NCBI GenBank assembly: GCA_002352645.1
Contig: DEIU01000098.1
Coordinates: 11,278 to 62,971 of the forward strand
Direction: 5' to 3'
Origin: Acidimicrobiia bacterium UBA2766
GTDB taxonomy: Bacteria; Actinomycetota; Acidimicrobiia; UBA2766
DNA length: 51,694 nucleotides
This document shows positions 17,776-26,588 of the stretch, one piece after another. The position numbers and the translations under genes are program-made. How positions within the stretch are numbered: position 1 is the first letter of the stretch; every line of letters starts with the position of its first letter. Under the pieces are notes generated by a model. That model made no database searches. It was not told the origin of the DNA and was given only the letters and a program-made list of their open reading frames with translations.

Positions 17776-19136
17776 TGCTGCCTTTTCCTCTTCCTTCGGT
17801 GGCAGCCCACTTCCGCTCAACCTATTTCCGCTCGACTTTTCACGCCGACTCCTCACGCACCGATGCAGAAGCAGCGGTTCCCTCTGCATCCCTGGCGCTT
17901 CCTTTTGTTGATCTCGGCCGTTTCCACACTTGGTTCGACACACATCGCCCAGGCGCGATCCCCCTGGCCTTGACACGTGTGCACACCTCAGGCTGTTTTC
18001 TGCGAGGGGCAGAAGTTACGGCTTTCGAAGCAGAATTCGCAACCTACTGCGGAACACGCAATATGGTCTGCGTGGGCAACGGCACAGATGCCCTACAACT
18101 CGCCCTCCAAGCAGGCGGCGCGATGCCTGGCGACGAGGTCATCGTGCCGGCTTTCACCTTCATTGCCACTTGGAACGCCGTGTCTCTCGCAGGCTGCATC
18201 CCAGTCCCCGCAGACGTGTGTCCCGATACCGGAACTTTGGATCTCGCAGACGTGCGGACAAAACTCACGCCACGCACCACTGCCATTATCCCCGTACATC
18301 TCTATGGAAGATGTGCCGCCATGGCGGATCTCTCGGCACTCGCAAAAAAACGGGGCCTGCTCCTCATAGAAGACGCTGCACAAGCACACGGGGCACGCTA
18401 TCAGGGAAAACGCGCCGGTTCGCTCGCGCACGCCGCGGCATTCAGCTTCTACCCCACAAAAAACTTGGGTGCGCTCGGAGACGGAGGGGCAATAGCCACG
18501 GACGATCCCGTTTTCGCGGAACGGGCACGACGACTTGCCAACTATGGGGCACTCGAAAAACATGACCACGAACTCGTAGGAGGAAACTCTCGCCTGGACG
18601 AAATACAAGCAGCCATATTGCGAGAAAAGCTGACCTTTTTAGAAGAGTGCAACGCGCAACGGCGCCGCCTCGCGGCTGTGTATCACGATGCTTTGTCAGA
18701 TTTTGTTACCGCGGGCCTCTTGCAAATACCACTCCCCAACGGGACCGCACCCCAGCGGGAGAAAAGGAAAACAGCCCGAAATACCGCCGGCAGTACCCCA
18801 GAAGCAGAAATATCAGCAACCACCAAGAAAAACAACAAAGACACCAATGGACCGGACACTTTGCCTGCCTGGCATCTCTATGTGGTGCGTGTTGCCAATC
18901 GCGAAAAAATAGCTGCAGCCCTCGCCTCTGCCGGGGTGGGCACGGGAGTGCACTATCCCTGCCCGCCCCATTGCACACCGGCCTATGCCGAACTGGGCTG
19001 GAAAAAAGGTTCACTGCCTGTCGCCGAGCGTCTCGCACAAGAAGTACTCAGTCTTCCGATGATGCCCTATCTCGAAGAAGCAGAGGTCCGGCGTGTGGCA
19101 GAGACACTGGGCCAAGCCCTGCTTGCAAAAAACTAA
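17772..19136 (+). CDS. fdtB: DegT/DnrJ/EryC1/StrS aminotransferase, FdtB-like
   Basis: ATGA overlap with fdtA; NGTDAL, IPVHLYG, IEDAAQAHGA, SFYPTKNLGALGDGG, NSRLDEIQAA. Confidence 0.9.
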   Translation: MMLPFPLPSVAAHFRSTYFRSTFHADSSRTDAEAAVPSASLALPFVDLGRFHTWFDTHRPGAIPLALTRVHTSGCFLRGAEVTAFEAEFATYCGTRNMVCVGNGTDALQLALQAGGAMPGDEVIVPAFTFIATWNAVSLAGCIPVPADVCPDTGTLDLADVRTKLTPRTTAIIPVHLYGRCAAMADLSALAKKRGLLLIEDAAQAHGARYQGKRAGSLAHAAAFSFYPTKNLGALGDGGAIATDDPVFAERARRLANYGALEKHDHELVGGNSRLDEIQAAILREKLTFLEECNAQRRRLAAVYHDALSDFVTAGLLQIPLPNGTAPQREKRKTARNTAGSTPEAEISATTKKNNKDTNGPDTLPAWHLYVVRVANREKIAAALASAGVGTGVHYPCPPHCTPAYAELGWKKGSLPVAERLAQEVLSLPMMPYLEEAEVRRVAETLGQALLAKN

Positions 19137-19214
19137 AGGGATCTCCTGCCCGCTTTTCTCCGCAGGAATCAGGCATCTGCTTCCCGCGAAAACCGCAGCA
19201 ATCTGCACACAGCA

Positions 19215-20171
19215 CTACAGGGAACGGAACACATTAAAGCGCACTGTGGAACGGGCACCAAGAGAACGCTTAAAACGGCACAATCCTGTGTCGGGAATAC
19301 CCTCAAGGGAGGAGATTCCCAGGTCAAGAGAGAGAATCTTTTGAGACAGGGCGGTTTCTATCAGGTGGTAAGCGAGCAGGTTCATCGGTGAACGCTTGAG
19401 GTCATGCAAGGCGTCGCCCCATGCCACCACATAATCCCGGCAGGAGAGCAGCCGGTACACCAGAGCAGCAGCGACCGGCCTGTCGTGTTGGGAGAGTACA
19501 TGCATGCGTATGGCACGAGGGAAAGTATCACGCATGTCGCGCAAATACTCGAAGGAGAAGCGAAGACGGCGTCCTTTGGTCGCGCGGTTTGCAGCAAGCA
19601 GATCGTAGGCGGCTTGCCATTCTTCGTTCGTCGCTGCTTCGACAAAAGCATACGAGGTCGCAAGCCCATGTCGCACTGCTCGTCGGGCGGGAGGACGGAG
19701 CCCGGCTAAATAGACATCTGGCCCAGGAATATTCTGCAAGCAGACATGCTGATTCAGCTCAGCATGTTCAACTTCAAATCCTCGATTAAGAAGAAAGAAC
19801 AAAAGGGTCTGTTCGTTTTCCGAATAAAAGCAAGGCCGCAGGCGAATCCGCAGTGCATACACGCCTGAAGCCCAAACTTGCTCAAGCAGATCGTCTACAA
19901 GATCTTGCAAGGCAGCGGTCGTTGCACGCGAGTTCTCTACGTCAAAGCCGCCAAAAGGAGCAGAAAAACCGGAGGTAAAAACGGAGCCCTGACGTACTCC
20001 GGCGAGGGATCCTTGCCATTTCCCACAAGAAAAAGCGTCAAACCTTTGGTATTTTTGACCAGTTTTCACATTATGTGAGGAGTAACGAGGATCGTTGAAA
20101 AGCAGCAGAGAAGGGCAGTTTACTTGCGCGTCACACGTTGAAACGGAATTCCATGACATCTCCGTCGACAA
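19215..20171 (-). CDS. GNAT/FemAB-like acyltransferase
   Basis: SAPFGGF, RRAVRHG, PMNLLAY, LDLGISS..G.PDTGL.RFK.SLGA. True start uncertain, probably downstream of the ychF stop (for example GTG 20069). Confidence 0.8.
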   Translation of the reverse strand: MSTEMSWNSVSTCDAQVNCPSLLLFNDPRYSSHNVKTGQKYQRFDAFSCGKWQGSLAGVRQGSVFTSGFSAPFGGFDVENSRATTAALQDLVDDLLEQVWASGVYALRIRLRPCFYSENEQTLLFFLLNRGFEVEHAELNQHVCLQNIPGPDVYLAGLRPPARRAVRHGLATSYAFVEAATNEEWQAAYDLLAANRATKGRRLRFSFEYLRDMRDTFPRAIRMHVLSQHDRPVAAALVYRLLSCRDYVVAWGDALHDLKRSPMNLLAYHLIETALSQKILSLDLGISSLEGIPDTGLCRFKRSLGARSTVRFNVFRSL

Positions 20172-21207
20172 CTTCGTAATCCTTGCCTTCGATACGGATC
20201 AACCCGAGATCACGCGCCTTCGCCCACGATCCGGCTTTCAGTAGTACGTCCCATTGGATGGTTTCTGCACGGATGAAACCGCGCTCAAAGTCTGTATGAA
20301 TACGCCCCGCCGCCTCTGGGGCCTTTGAACCGAGACGAAACGTCCAAGCTCGCGACTCTTTTTCGCCCGTTGTGAAAAAAGTACGCAAACCTAGCAGATG
20401 GTAAGCCGAGCGCAAAAAACGCGGGAGCGCGCCTTCGCCAAGACCAAAAGCTTCCAGCATCTCGTGGCGCTCTTCTGGCGGAAGCTGCACAGCTTCCGCT
20501 TCGAGCTGCACACACGCGCCGATTACTTCTCCTGTTCCTGCAAGCTCGGCAACAACGGGAGCAAGGAGCGGCTCGGGATCGGCGAGACCCTCTTCATCGA
20601 GGTTCACCAAGGCGAGCACAGGTTTATTTGTCAAGAGAAAGTAGGGAGCAAGGAGCGCGCGTTCTTCTTCCCCAAGATCACTTCGATACAAAGGAGTACC
20701 CTGATCAAGAGAGGCATAGGCCGCATCCAAAGCCGCAACTTCGGCAGCGAGCGAACGGTCAGATCTCGCAGCTTTCCGGCGTTTCTCAATCTGTCGCTCC
20801 ACAGTATCGAGATCAGCCAAAGCCAACTCGATCTCCACCACACGAAGATGCTCAAGCGGATCGCAAGGACCAGGAACATCTGTATGAGCGAAGGCCCGGA
20901 GCACAAACACCACAGCGTCGACTTCGCGTATGGCAGAGAGGAAGCGGTTTCCCAACCCTTCCCCCTTGCTCGCTCCTTCCACAAGTCCACCGATATCAAC
21001 AAACTGCACAGCAGCGGGAACCACACTACGGGAATTACTCATGGCAGCGAGCTGGTCGAGCCGGTGATCAGAAACTTTTGCAACCCCTACATTGGGATCT
21101 TTCGTCGCGAAGGCGTAAGGGGCAGCAAGAGCTCCGCCTCCAGCAAGGGCATTATAAAGAGAACTTTTGCCCGCATTGGGCAAACCAACAAATCCGAATT
21201 TTTCCAT
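20131..21207 (-). CDS. ychF: Redox-regulated ATPase YchF
   Basis: GLPNAGKS, DIGGLVEGAS.GEGLGN.FL, TGEKESRAW, IHTDFERGFIRAE, EGKDY.V.DGDVMEFRFNV. TAGCAT lies 7 nt before the ATG (leaderless). Confidence 0.98.
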   Translation of the reverse strand: MEKFGFVGLPNAGKSSLYNALAGGGALAAPYAFATKDPNVGVAKVSDHRLDQLAAMSNSRSVVPAAVQFVDIGGLVEGASKGEGLGNRFLSAIREVDAVVFVLRAFAHTDVPGPCDPLEHLRVVEIELALADLDTVERQIEKRRKAARSDRSLAAEVAALDAAYASLDQGTPLYRSDLGEEERALLAPYFLLTNKPVLALVNLDEEGLADPEPLLAPVVAELAGTGEVIGACVQLEAEAVQLPPEERHEMLEAFGLGEGALPRFLRSAYHLLGLRTFFTTGEKESRAWTFRLGSKAPEAAGRIHTDFERGFIRAETIQWDVLLKAGSWAKARDLGLIRIEGKDYEVVDGDVMEFRFNV

Positions 21208-21265
21208 TTTCTTGATGCTACTTGTGTCGAGTACCAAGAGGCACGCAGAAAAGCTTTACACGGCT

Positions 21266-21490
21266 TCAGGGGAAGCGAACGAGCTCTTCTTCTGCCGCCC
21301 AAAGCGCATCAACAAGAAGAGAATGCGCTGCTTCCTTATGCTCATGACAAACCGGTAAATGGCACCGTAAAAGACCAGAATCAAGGGGAGGAGTGGCCGA
21401 AACCACACACACTGCCCTCTCCCCACAACCCCCATGCCACTGACACGCCAGATCACGTCCCACCGAGAGAAAAGACACTGCCACGCTCAT
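21266..21490 (-). CDS. Small Cys/His-rich protein, possible zinc finger
   Basis: AAGGGAG RBS before ATG; CQWHGGC...C...CHLPVCHEH. Confidence 0.5.
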   Translation of the reverse strand: MSVAVSFLSVGRDLACQWHGGCGERAVCVVSATPPLDSGLLRCHLPVCHEHKEAAHSLLVDALWAAEEELVRFP

Positions 21491-21817
21491 CAGGACACTC
21501 CCTTATGAAAAGAAGAGGGAAAAAAAGGAAAGAGAGAAAGCAGCGCATGAAAACGGAGAAGAAAAAACGCAAAAACGCCCGAAAGGTGACTTTCGCTCAG
21601 GTAATAAAACCTAGACCCACCGTTACTTGTCCACAAATCGTCAGACAATTCCGCAGGTCCAAGAAACTGCCTGTCCTTTCTCTTGGCTACACCGCCAAAA
21701 TGGTTTCCCTGTGCCTTGGGAAGAAAAACCATCTTTTCATCTTTTCTCGCAAGCCCTGCTTGCCGTTTCTCTTCCTTGTTGCCCTTACGGCTCGCTCGTC
21801 GCACAAGACACACCACC

Positions 21818-21826
21818 ATTCTAGCA
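21818..21826 (-). promoter_or_regulatory. Extended -10 promoter (TGcTAGAAT)
   Basis: Minus strand TGC-TAGAAT, about 330 nt upstream of the small Cys/His ORF. Confidence 0.45.
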
Positions 21827-21913
21827 TTTAAAATGCAATTTTTCCACACTTGGCATCCGACCAAACCAAGCTCCATCCCGCTCCCCAGGAAACCCAAAAT
21901 CAGCTGCCTCTTG

Positions 21914-21940
21914 CAAAAAGCAGTACTTCTCTGCTTTTTG
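21914..21940. terminator. Hairpin with A- and U-tracts, possible bidirectional terminator
   Basis: CAAAAAGCAG-tacttct-CTGCTTTTTG. Confidence 0.5.
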
Positions 21941-22437
21941 AGCGCATCATCCCACCACACACAACTGAGACGAATCCACGAGCAAGCACACTCGGCCAAG
22001 AGAGCGGAGAACTGCGACGATCAGACCGGAAAAGACGTCCCGTAAGAAAAAACAGGAGGAAAGGCAGGGACTATACAGGTAGCACCACAGCACAAACGAC
22101 ACTCATCTGTGACGACCCTGGAGAACAGGTCTTTTCACGGCAATACACATCTCGGACAGAGACTTCCACGCTTTTTTGACACCTCTGTCAAGTAATACTC
22201 TCGACTGGCATACTTGTCCTGCGTCTCCATCCGGCAAGACACCTGACCGTTGAGAAATGAGGAGGTTTGCCACAGCATCTTGCACTTCGTGCGCCTTCGC
22301 TCATCGGACCTCCGGACCCCACACAAGCAGCGGACAGCCCACACACGAAACCAAGCACAAAAAAGGGAAGGAAAAAAGATGGGGAACCCGCAAGGCCGGC
22401 GAAAAACGTCACGCCTTTTCGGCAATTCCCCATCTTT

Positions 22438-22470
22438 CCAGATCACAACCAGATCACAACCAGATCACAA
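22438..22470. repeat. 11-bp perfect tandem repeat x3
   Basis: CCAGATCACAA x3. Confidence 0.95.
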
Positions 22471-22514
22471 GATGACGACCTCACGCGCTTACGCGCGCAC
22501 CCAAGCCGGCAGGC

Positions 22515-24881
22515 TTAGCGAGTCGGCAAAGGCCCCTCTGCAGCGTTGTCTTCCCGAGAGCCTGCAAGCTGACGCGCAGACGAAGCGAATCCCTGCATCT
22601 TCGCGTTCTCAGCATTATCGGGCATGGCTGCAAACGGAACAGGACTTATTGTTTGTGACACTGACACGTCGGTCATCGCAAAAACCAGTAGCGCATGGCC
22701 GGCGGCGTCGATTATTTCACCGAACACTTTTTCATTCACATTCGAGATACCATCGCATTGTTTGTGATAACACGCGTCGTAGCTTTCGCCTTCCTCCCCG
22801 CCATAGAGCGCAGCCTCTTCCGCAGTCTTGAGACCCTCTGCGCCGGTAAACAAGCCACCAGCCGGAATGTCCTTCGCCGTAAAAGATGCGTAGTCAGAAC
22901 GACCACTAAAAAAGGTCTGCGTCACGGGAAGACTCGCAATGCCCGCGAAATAGTCGAGAAACACAGCTTCCACGGCTTCAGAACCCACAGGCCCCGGACT
23001 GGAGCCGTGAAGTGAACCGTCGCCGTCATACACAAAGCGGGCATAATTCGGCGAGGCCACCATGTCAAAATTCAAATTCACGTCAATCTTCGCCCGTTCT
23101 TGCCGGGAGAGTGACGAGACATAGTGTTGAGAACCAATGAGCCCCCCCTCTTCGGCACCCCAAAAAGCAAAACGCACCTTGTTACGCGGGGTAATATCAA
23201 GCTCTGCCATAACCAACGCGAGTTCCAAGACCAGCGCAGCACCACTGCCATTGTCGTTGATCCCCGGCCCTTCCGGCACCGAGTCGAGGTGGCCACCGAT
23301 CACCACTACTCTCTCTGGGTCGCCTCCTGCTGTGTCGGCGATCACATTGTGGGTCACTTGGTTTTCTGCAGTTGTTTGCACGTGCATGCGAACCGTCACA
23401 GGATCGCCTGTGCCGGCCAGGGCTTCACCCGTTGCAAAACTTGTCGCAAGCACAGGTTTATCGACCACGATGCCACCAAGCGTGCCATGAAAGATTTCGC
23501 GACGACCTTTCTGGCCTTCGTTAAAGATAATAACTCCCGCCGCACCTGCCGCGACAGCATTCTCTCCCTTCAGAGCGAACGTACAACCGCCACGTTGCAC
23601 AAGAGCAATTTCACCCGGCACAAACCCAGCAAAATCCTCAGCTTCACATCCACTCGTCGAAGACGGGTCAGGGGAAGGCGGCAGCACAAGATCGACAGCA
23701 CGCACTTTCGCTTCGAGGTCTCCACTACCCGAATACTCCAGCACGACATGATCTTTCCCCGAGATATAGTCAATCTCATGCGGGTTAATCTGAGAAAGCA
23801 CCGGTGGCGCTATCTCGAGAAAATGCAGAAAATGAAACTCATCAAAAGACACTTCGTACCCAGCAGCGCGTAGCTGTTGGGCGATATACATGGTCGAAGC
23901 ATCGTAGCCCGGCCTCCCTGAAGCCCGATTTCCCCCATGCAGCTCGGCTATTGCTTGAAAAGCTTGCAAATGGCGCATACCACCTTCTGTAGTCAGTGCA
24001 GCACGAAAGGCAGAAGTGTCGAGCAAGCGGGTGATGGTGACTTTCGCTGCAGGATCCCGCCAGGCGTGCAGCACAGAGAGATCACCGTCTGAGGGAAGGG
24101 AACCATGAGAGACAATCGGATTTCCCAGAGGAATATCCAGACACAAGTCACCAAGGCAGGAGGAGAGTCTCCTCTCGTCAACGCCGGCATTCTCGTTACC
24201 ATCAGAACCGCCCACAAGTGGGGCAGTACTCAGCGCACTGCACTCATCAGGAATATCAGTGCTTTTTCCGGTATTGCGTTCTGTCCCAGCGTCATATGCC
24301 CTGGCATCGTAGACCACAGTTCCCGCTTCCGGAAGCGCCACATGGTCAAGACTGACGAAACCATCGTTTGTGCAAAGCAGCTTGGAAGCAAGGAAAAAAC
24401 TGCTGCCTGCAGGGGCATACACGTCAAAGCTGACTGACGAGGCAGGCCGAATCGCAGTCGGAGCAATGGTCACACCATCTACTCTCCGAAAATCAGGAAT
24501 CGCCTGCAAAGCTGCGTCGGCGTCGCCATCTTCCGCAAGTATTTCAAGCCAGGCCGGAGCAATGCCGGATTGCGGGAAAAAGGGTATCGAGGACGATGAC
24601 GCGATCGCCAAAGGAGCCGAGAGAGGCTGAGCGAAAGTCAGGTTTTCCACTTTCACTCGATAGACAGGAAGATCGGCAACACCTGCCGCTTTCCCAACAG
24701 AAAAAGTCGGCAAAAAACCGAAAAAGAGACAAAGAACAGTTCCGAGCACACCCGCCCGGCGGAAGAAGCCAGGCGCGCTCGCACAGGACCTTACGCGAGA
24801 AAGTCCCAAAAATCTGCCCTTTTCTGAAAAATCATCTTTCGTCTTTGTCTCTGAGGAATGTCTCCTCAAAAAACCTGCCAT
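22515..24881 (-). CDS. Secreted Spondin_N domain + PA domain + M28 aminopeptidase
   Basis: GGAGG RBS and signal-like helix. Spondin: VENLT.AQPLS, LAEDGD, TNDGFV, AYDAGTE.N. PA: IALVQRGGCTF..K..NA. M28: GGHLDSV, GINDNGSG, GAEE.GL.GS, NFDM, RSDY, YH...D. Confidence 0.9.
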   Translation of the reverse strand: MAGFLRRHSSETKTKDDFSEKGRFLGLSRVRSCASAPGFFRRAGVLGTVLCLFFGFLPTFSVGKAAGVADLPVYRVKVENLTFAQPLSAPLAIASSSSIPFFPQSGIAPAWLEILAEDGDADAALQAIPDFRRVDGVTIAPTAIRPASSVSFDVYAPAGSSFFLASKLLCTNDGFVSLDHVALPEAGTVVYDARAYDAGTERNTGKSTDIPDECSALSTAPLVGGSDGNENAGVDERRLSSCLGDLCLDIPLGNPIVSHGSLPSDGDLSVLHAWRDPAAKVTITRLLDTSAFRAALTTEGGMRHLQAFQAIAELHGGNRASGRPGYDASTMYIAQQLRAAGYEVSFDEFHFLHFLEIAPPVLSQINPHEIDYISGKDHVVLEYSGSGDLEAKVRAVDLVLPPSPDPSSTSGCEAEDFAGFVPGEIALVQRGGCTFALKGENAVAAGAAGVIIFNEGQKGRREIFHGTLGGIVVDKPVLATSFATGEALAGTGDPVTVRMHVQTTAENQVTHNVIADTAGGDPERVVVIGGHLDSVPEGPGINDNGSGAALVLELALVMAELDITPRNKVRFAFWGAEEGGLIGSQHYVSSLSRQERAKIDVNLNFDMVASPNYARFVYDGDGSLHGSSPGPVGSEAVEAVFLDYFAGIASLPVTQTFFSGRSDYASFTAKDIPAGGLFTGAEGLKTAEEAALYGGEEGESYDACYHKQCDGISNVNEKVFGEIIDAAGHALLVFAMTDVSVSQTISPVPFAAMPDNAENAKMQGFASSARQLAGSREDNAAEGPLPTR

Positions 24882-25059
24882 TTTTCCTCCCTCTTCTACA
24901 AAAACAGTGAAACCTCTCTTGCAAAACGCAAGGAAAGCCTTATATCACACTAAACCCTTAAAATATGCAGCCGGAAGGGAAAAGAAAAGAAGCATTATTA
25001 GGCAACATAAGGGGCCTCTGAAATCGCAGTAAGGCAGTCCAACGACTAAGGTCGATTCT

Positions 25060-26109
25060 GTGTTGATCGGCCTGAACCTTCCCCAATACGACATAGACTT
25101 CTCAGGTGGGATTACCTGCCCAACAAGCCTTCTCGCCTTAGCCCAAGCAGCCGATGCACAAGGCATCGATAGCGTATGGGTATCAGACCACCCTTTTGTC
25201 ATTGGTCCCGATGGAAAACGAAATGACGCACTTGACGCTTTGCTCATGCTCTCCGCCATCGGCATCAGCACTCGCTCGATCCGTATTGGTACTCTCGTGC
25301 TCGCCGCCAGTATGCGATCTCCTGAGATCCTAGACGCAGCAGCCCGCACTCTCTCTTTCCAAGCTCCTGGTCGCATGGTCTTCGGCATCGGGGGCGGCTG
25401 GTATCGCCCTTCACATCAAGCGATGGGAATTCCTCTCAAACCATATACGCAGAGAATGCAAAAAGTGGCGGATGTCGCGGAAACTCTGCGACGCGCGCGA
25501 GAGGCCGCACAAACCACGGATGGACCAGAACTTCTGATCGGAGGCTTCGGTCCCCAAGCCCTCGAGATTGCGGTGCGTTCGGCCGATACCTGGAACCTCG
25601 CGTGGGATGCCCCGCCACAGGCTTATCGAGATGTCTCTACCCGACTTGACAAAATGTGCGAAACGACAGGACGCGATCCAGCGAGCTTGCGACGCAGCAC
25701 AGGGCTCACCGTCCTCGTCGGAGAAACAAAAACAGACCGGAAAGCTGCTGTCGCCCGTCTTGCCGGCCGTTCTCCTTCTCTGCGTGATATCACACTGGAA
25801 AGCCTGGCAGAACGAGCCATTACTGGCAGTCCCGAAGAATGCGCGGAACGCATCCTCGCATATGGGGCAGACGAGGTCATTTTCACACTAGTTTTGCGAG
25901 ATGATCCTGAAATGCTGGCTTGTGTCGCGCAGCGTCTCGCTCCTTTGCTGCGAGACACGCCGTCTGCAGCTACAAAACAAGACAGCAAAATCCACAGCAT
26001 GAACCCTAAAGACGAAGACAAAACAAGCAGACAACACACACAAGATCTGCCAAAACACAACACGCCACAAAAAAGGAAAACCCATGACGGAAATTCCCAC
26101 AACACCTGA
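25060..26109 (+). CDS. LLM-class flavin-dependent oxidoreductase
   Basis: [42 protein letters not shown] lies 7 nt before the GTG (leaderless). Confidence 0.92.
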   Translation: MLIGLNLPQYDIDFSGGITCPTSLLALAQAADAQGIDSVWVSDHPFVIGPDGKRNDALDALLMLSAIGISTRSIRIGTLVLAASMRSPEILDAAARTLSFQAPGRMVFGIGGGWYRPSHQAMGIPLKPYTQRMQKVADVAETLRRAREAAQTTDGPELLIGGFGPQALEIAVRSADTWNLAWDAPPQAYRDVSTRLDKMCETTGRDPASLRRSTGLTVLVGETKTDRKAAVARLAGRSPSLRDITLESLAERAITGSPEECAERILAYGADEVIFTLVLRDDPEMLACVAQRLAPLLRDTPSAATKQDSKIHSMNPKDEDKTSRQHTQDLPKHNTPQKRKTHDGNSHNT

Positions 26110-26482
26110 TGAGTGGGGCAAAAAATTGACTTTGCAGCAGCACCAGGTACTCCGAGAAAAAGCGACCGAAGCCCCTTGGACAGGCGAGCTTCTCGAGAAC
26201 AAAAGAAAGGGCATCTACCGCTGTGCAGGATGCGGGGCCAAGCTCTTTCTCTCAGAAACAAAATTCGATTCCGGGAGTGGTTGGCCCAGTTTCACCGCAC
26301 CCGCAGCAGAAGAAGACGTCACAGAAAAAACTGACCTTTCTCATGGAATGGTGCGCACAGAAGCACTCTGCTCGTCTTGCCTAGGACACCTCGGCCATGT
26401 TTTCCCCGACGGTCCCGCCCCAACAGGACTTCGCTACTGCATCAATTCCCTTGCCCTCACCTTCGATGAAGAAGAACCCTAA
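26084..26482 (+). CDS. msrB: Peptide-methionine (R)-S-oxide reductase
   Basis: [36 protein letters not shown]. Confidence 0.98.
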   Translation: MTEIPTTPDEWGKKLTLQQHQVLREKATEAPWTGELLENKRKGIYRCAGCGAKLFLSETKFDSGSGWPSFTAPAAEEDVTEKTDLSHGMVRTEALCSSCLGHLGHVFPDGPAPTGLRYCINSLALTFDEEEP

Positions 26483-26547
26483 GAAATCGCAGGAAGCACA
26501 GTACCAGAAAGAGAAGTAACAGGCAGTATGCACTGAGTGCAGGTTCT

Positions 26548-26588
26548 GCGCACAAAAAAAGACAATCGTAGCGACTTTTTTTGTGCGC
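26548..26588. terminator. 14-bp perfect inverted repeat after msrB
   Basis: GCGCACAAAAAAAG-N13-CTTTTTTTGTGCGC. Confidence 0.65.

Noticed and set aside
20398-21831. 477-aa plus-strand ORF
   Set aside because: Antisense shadow of ychF running into A-rich intergenic sequence
22438-22470. Possible CRISPR or iteron array
   Set aside because: Units are 11 bp with no spacers; no cas or rep genes in the window
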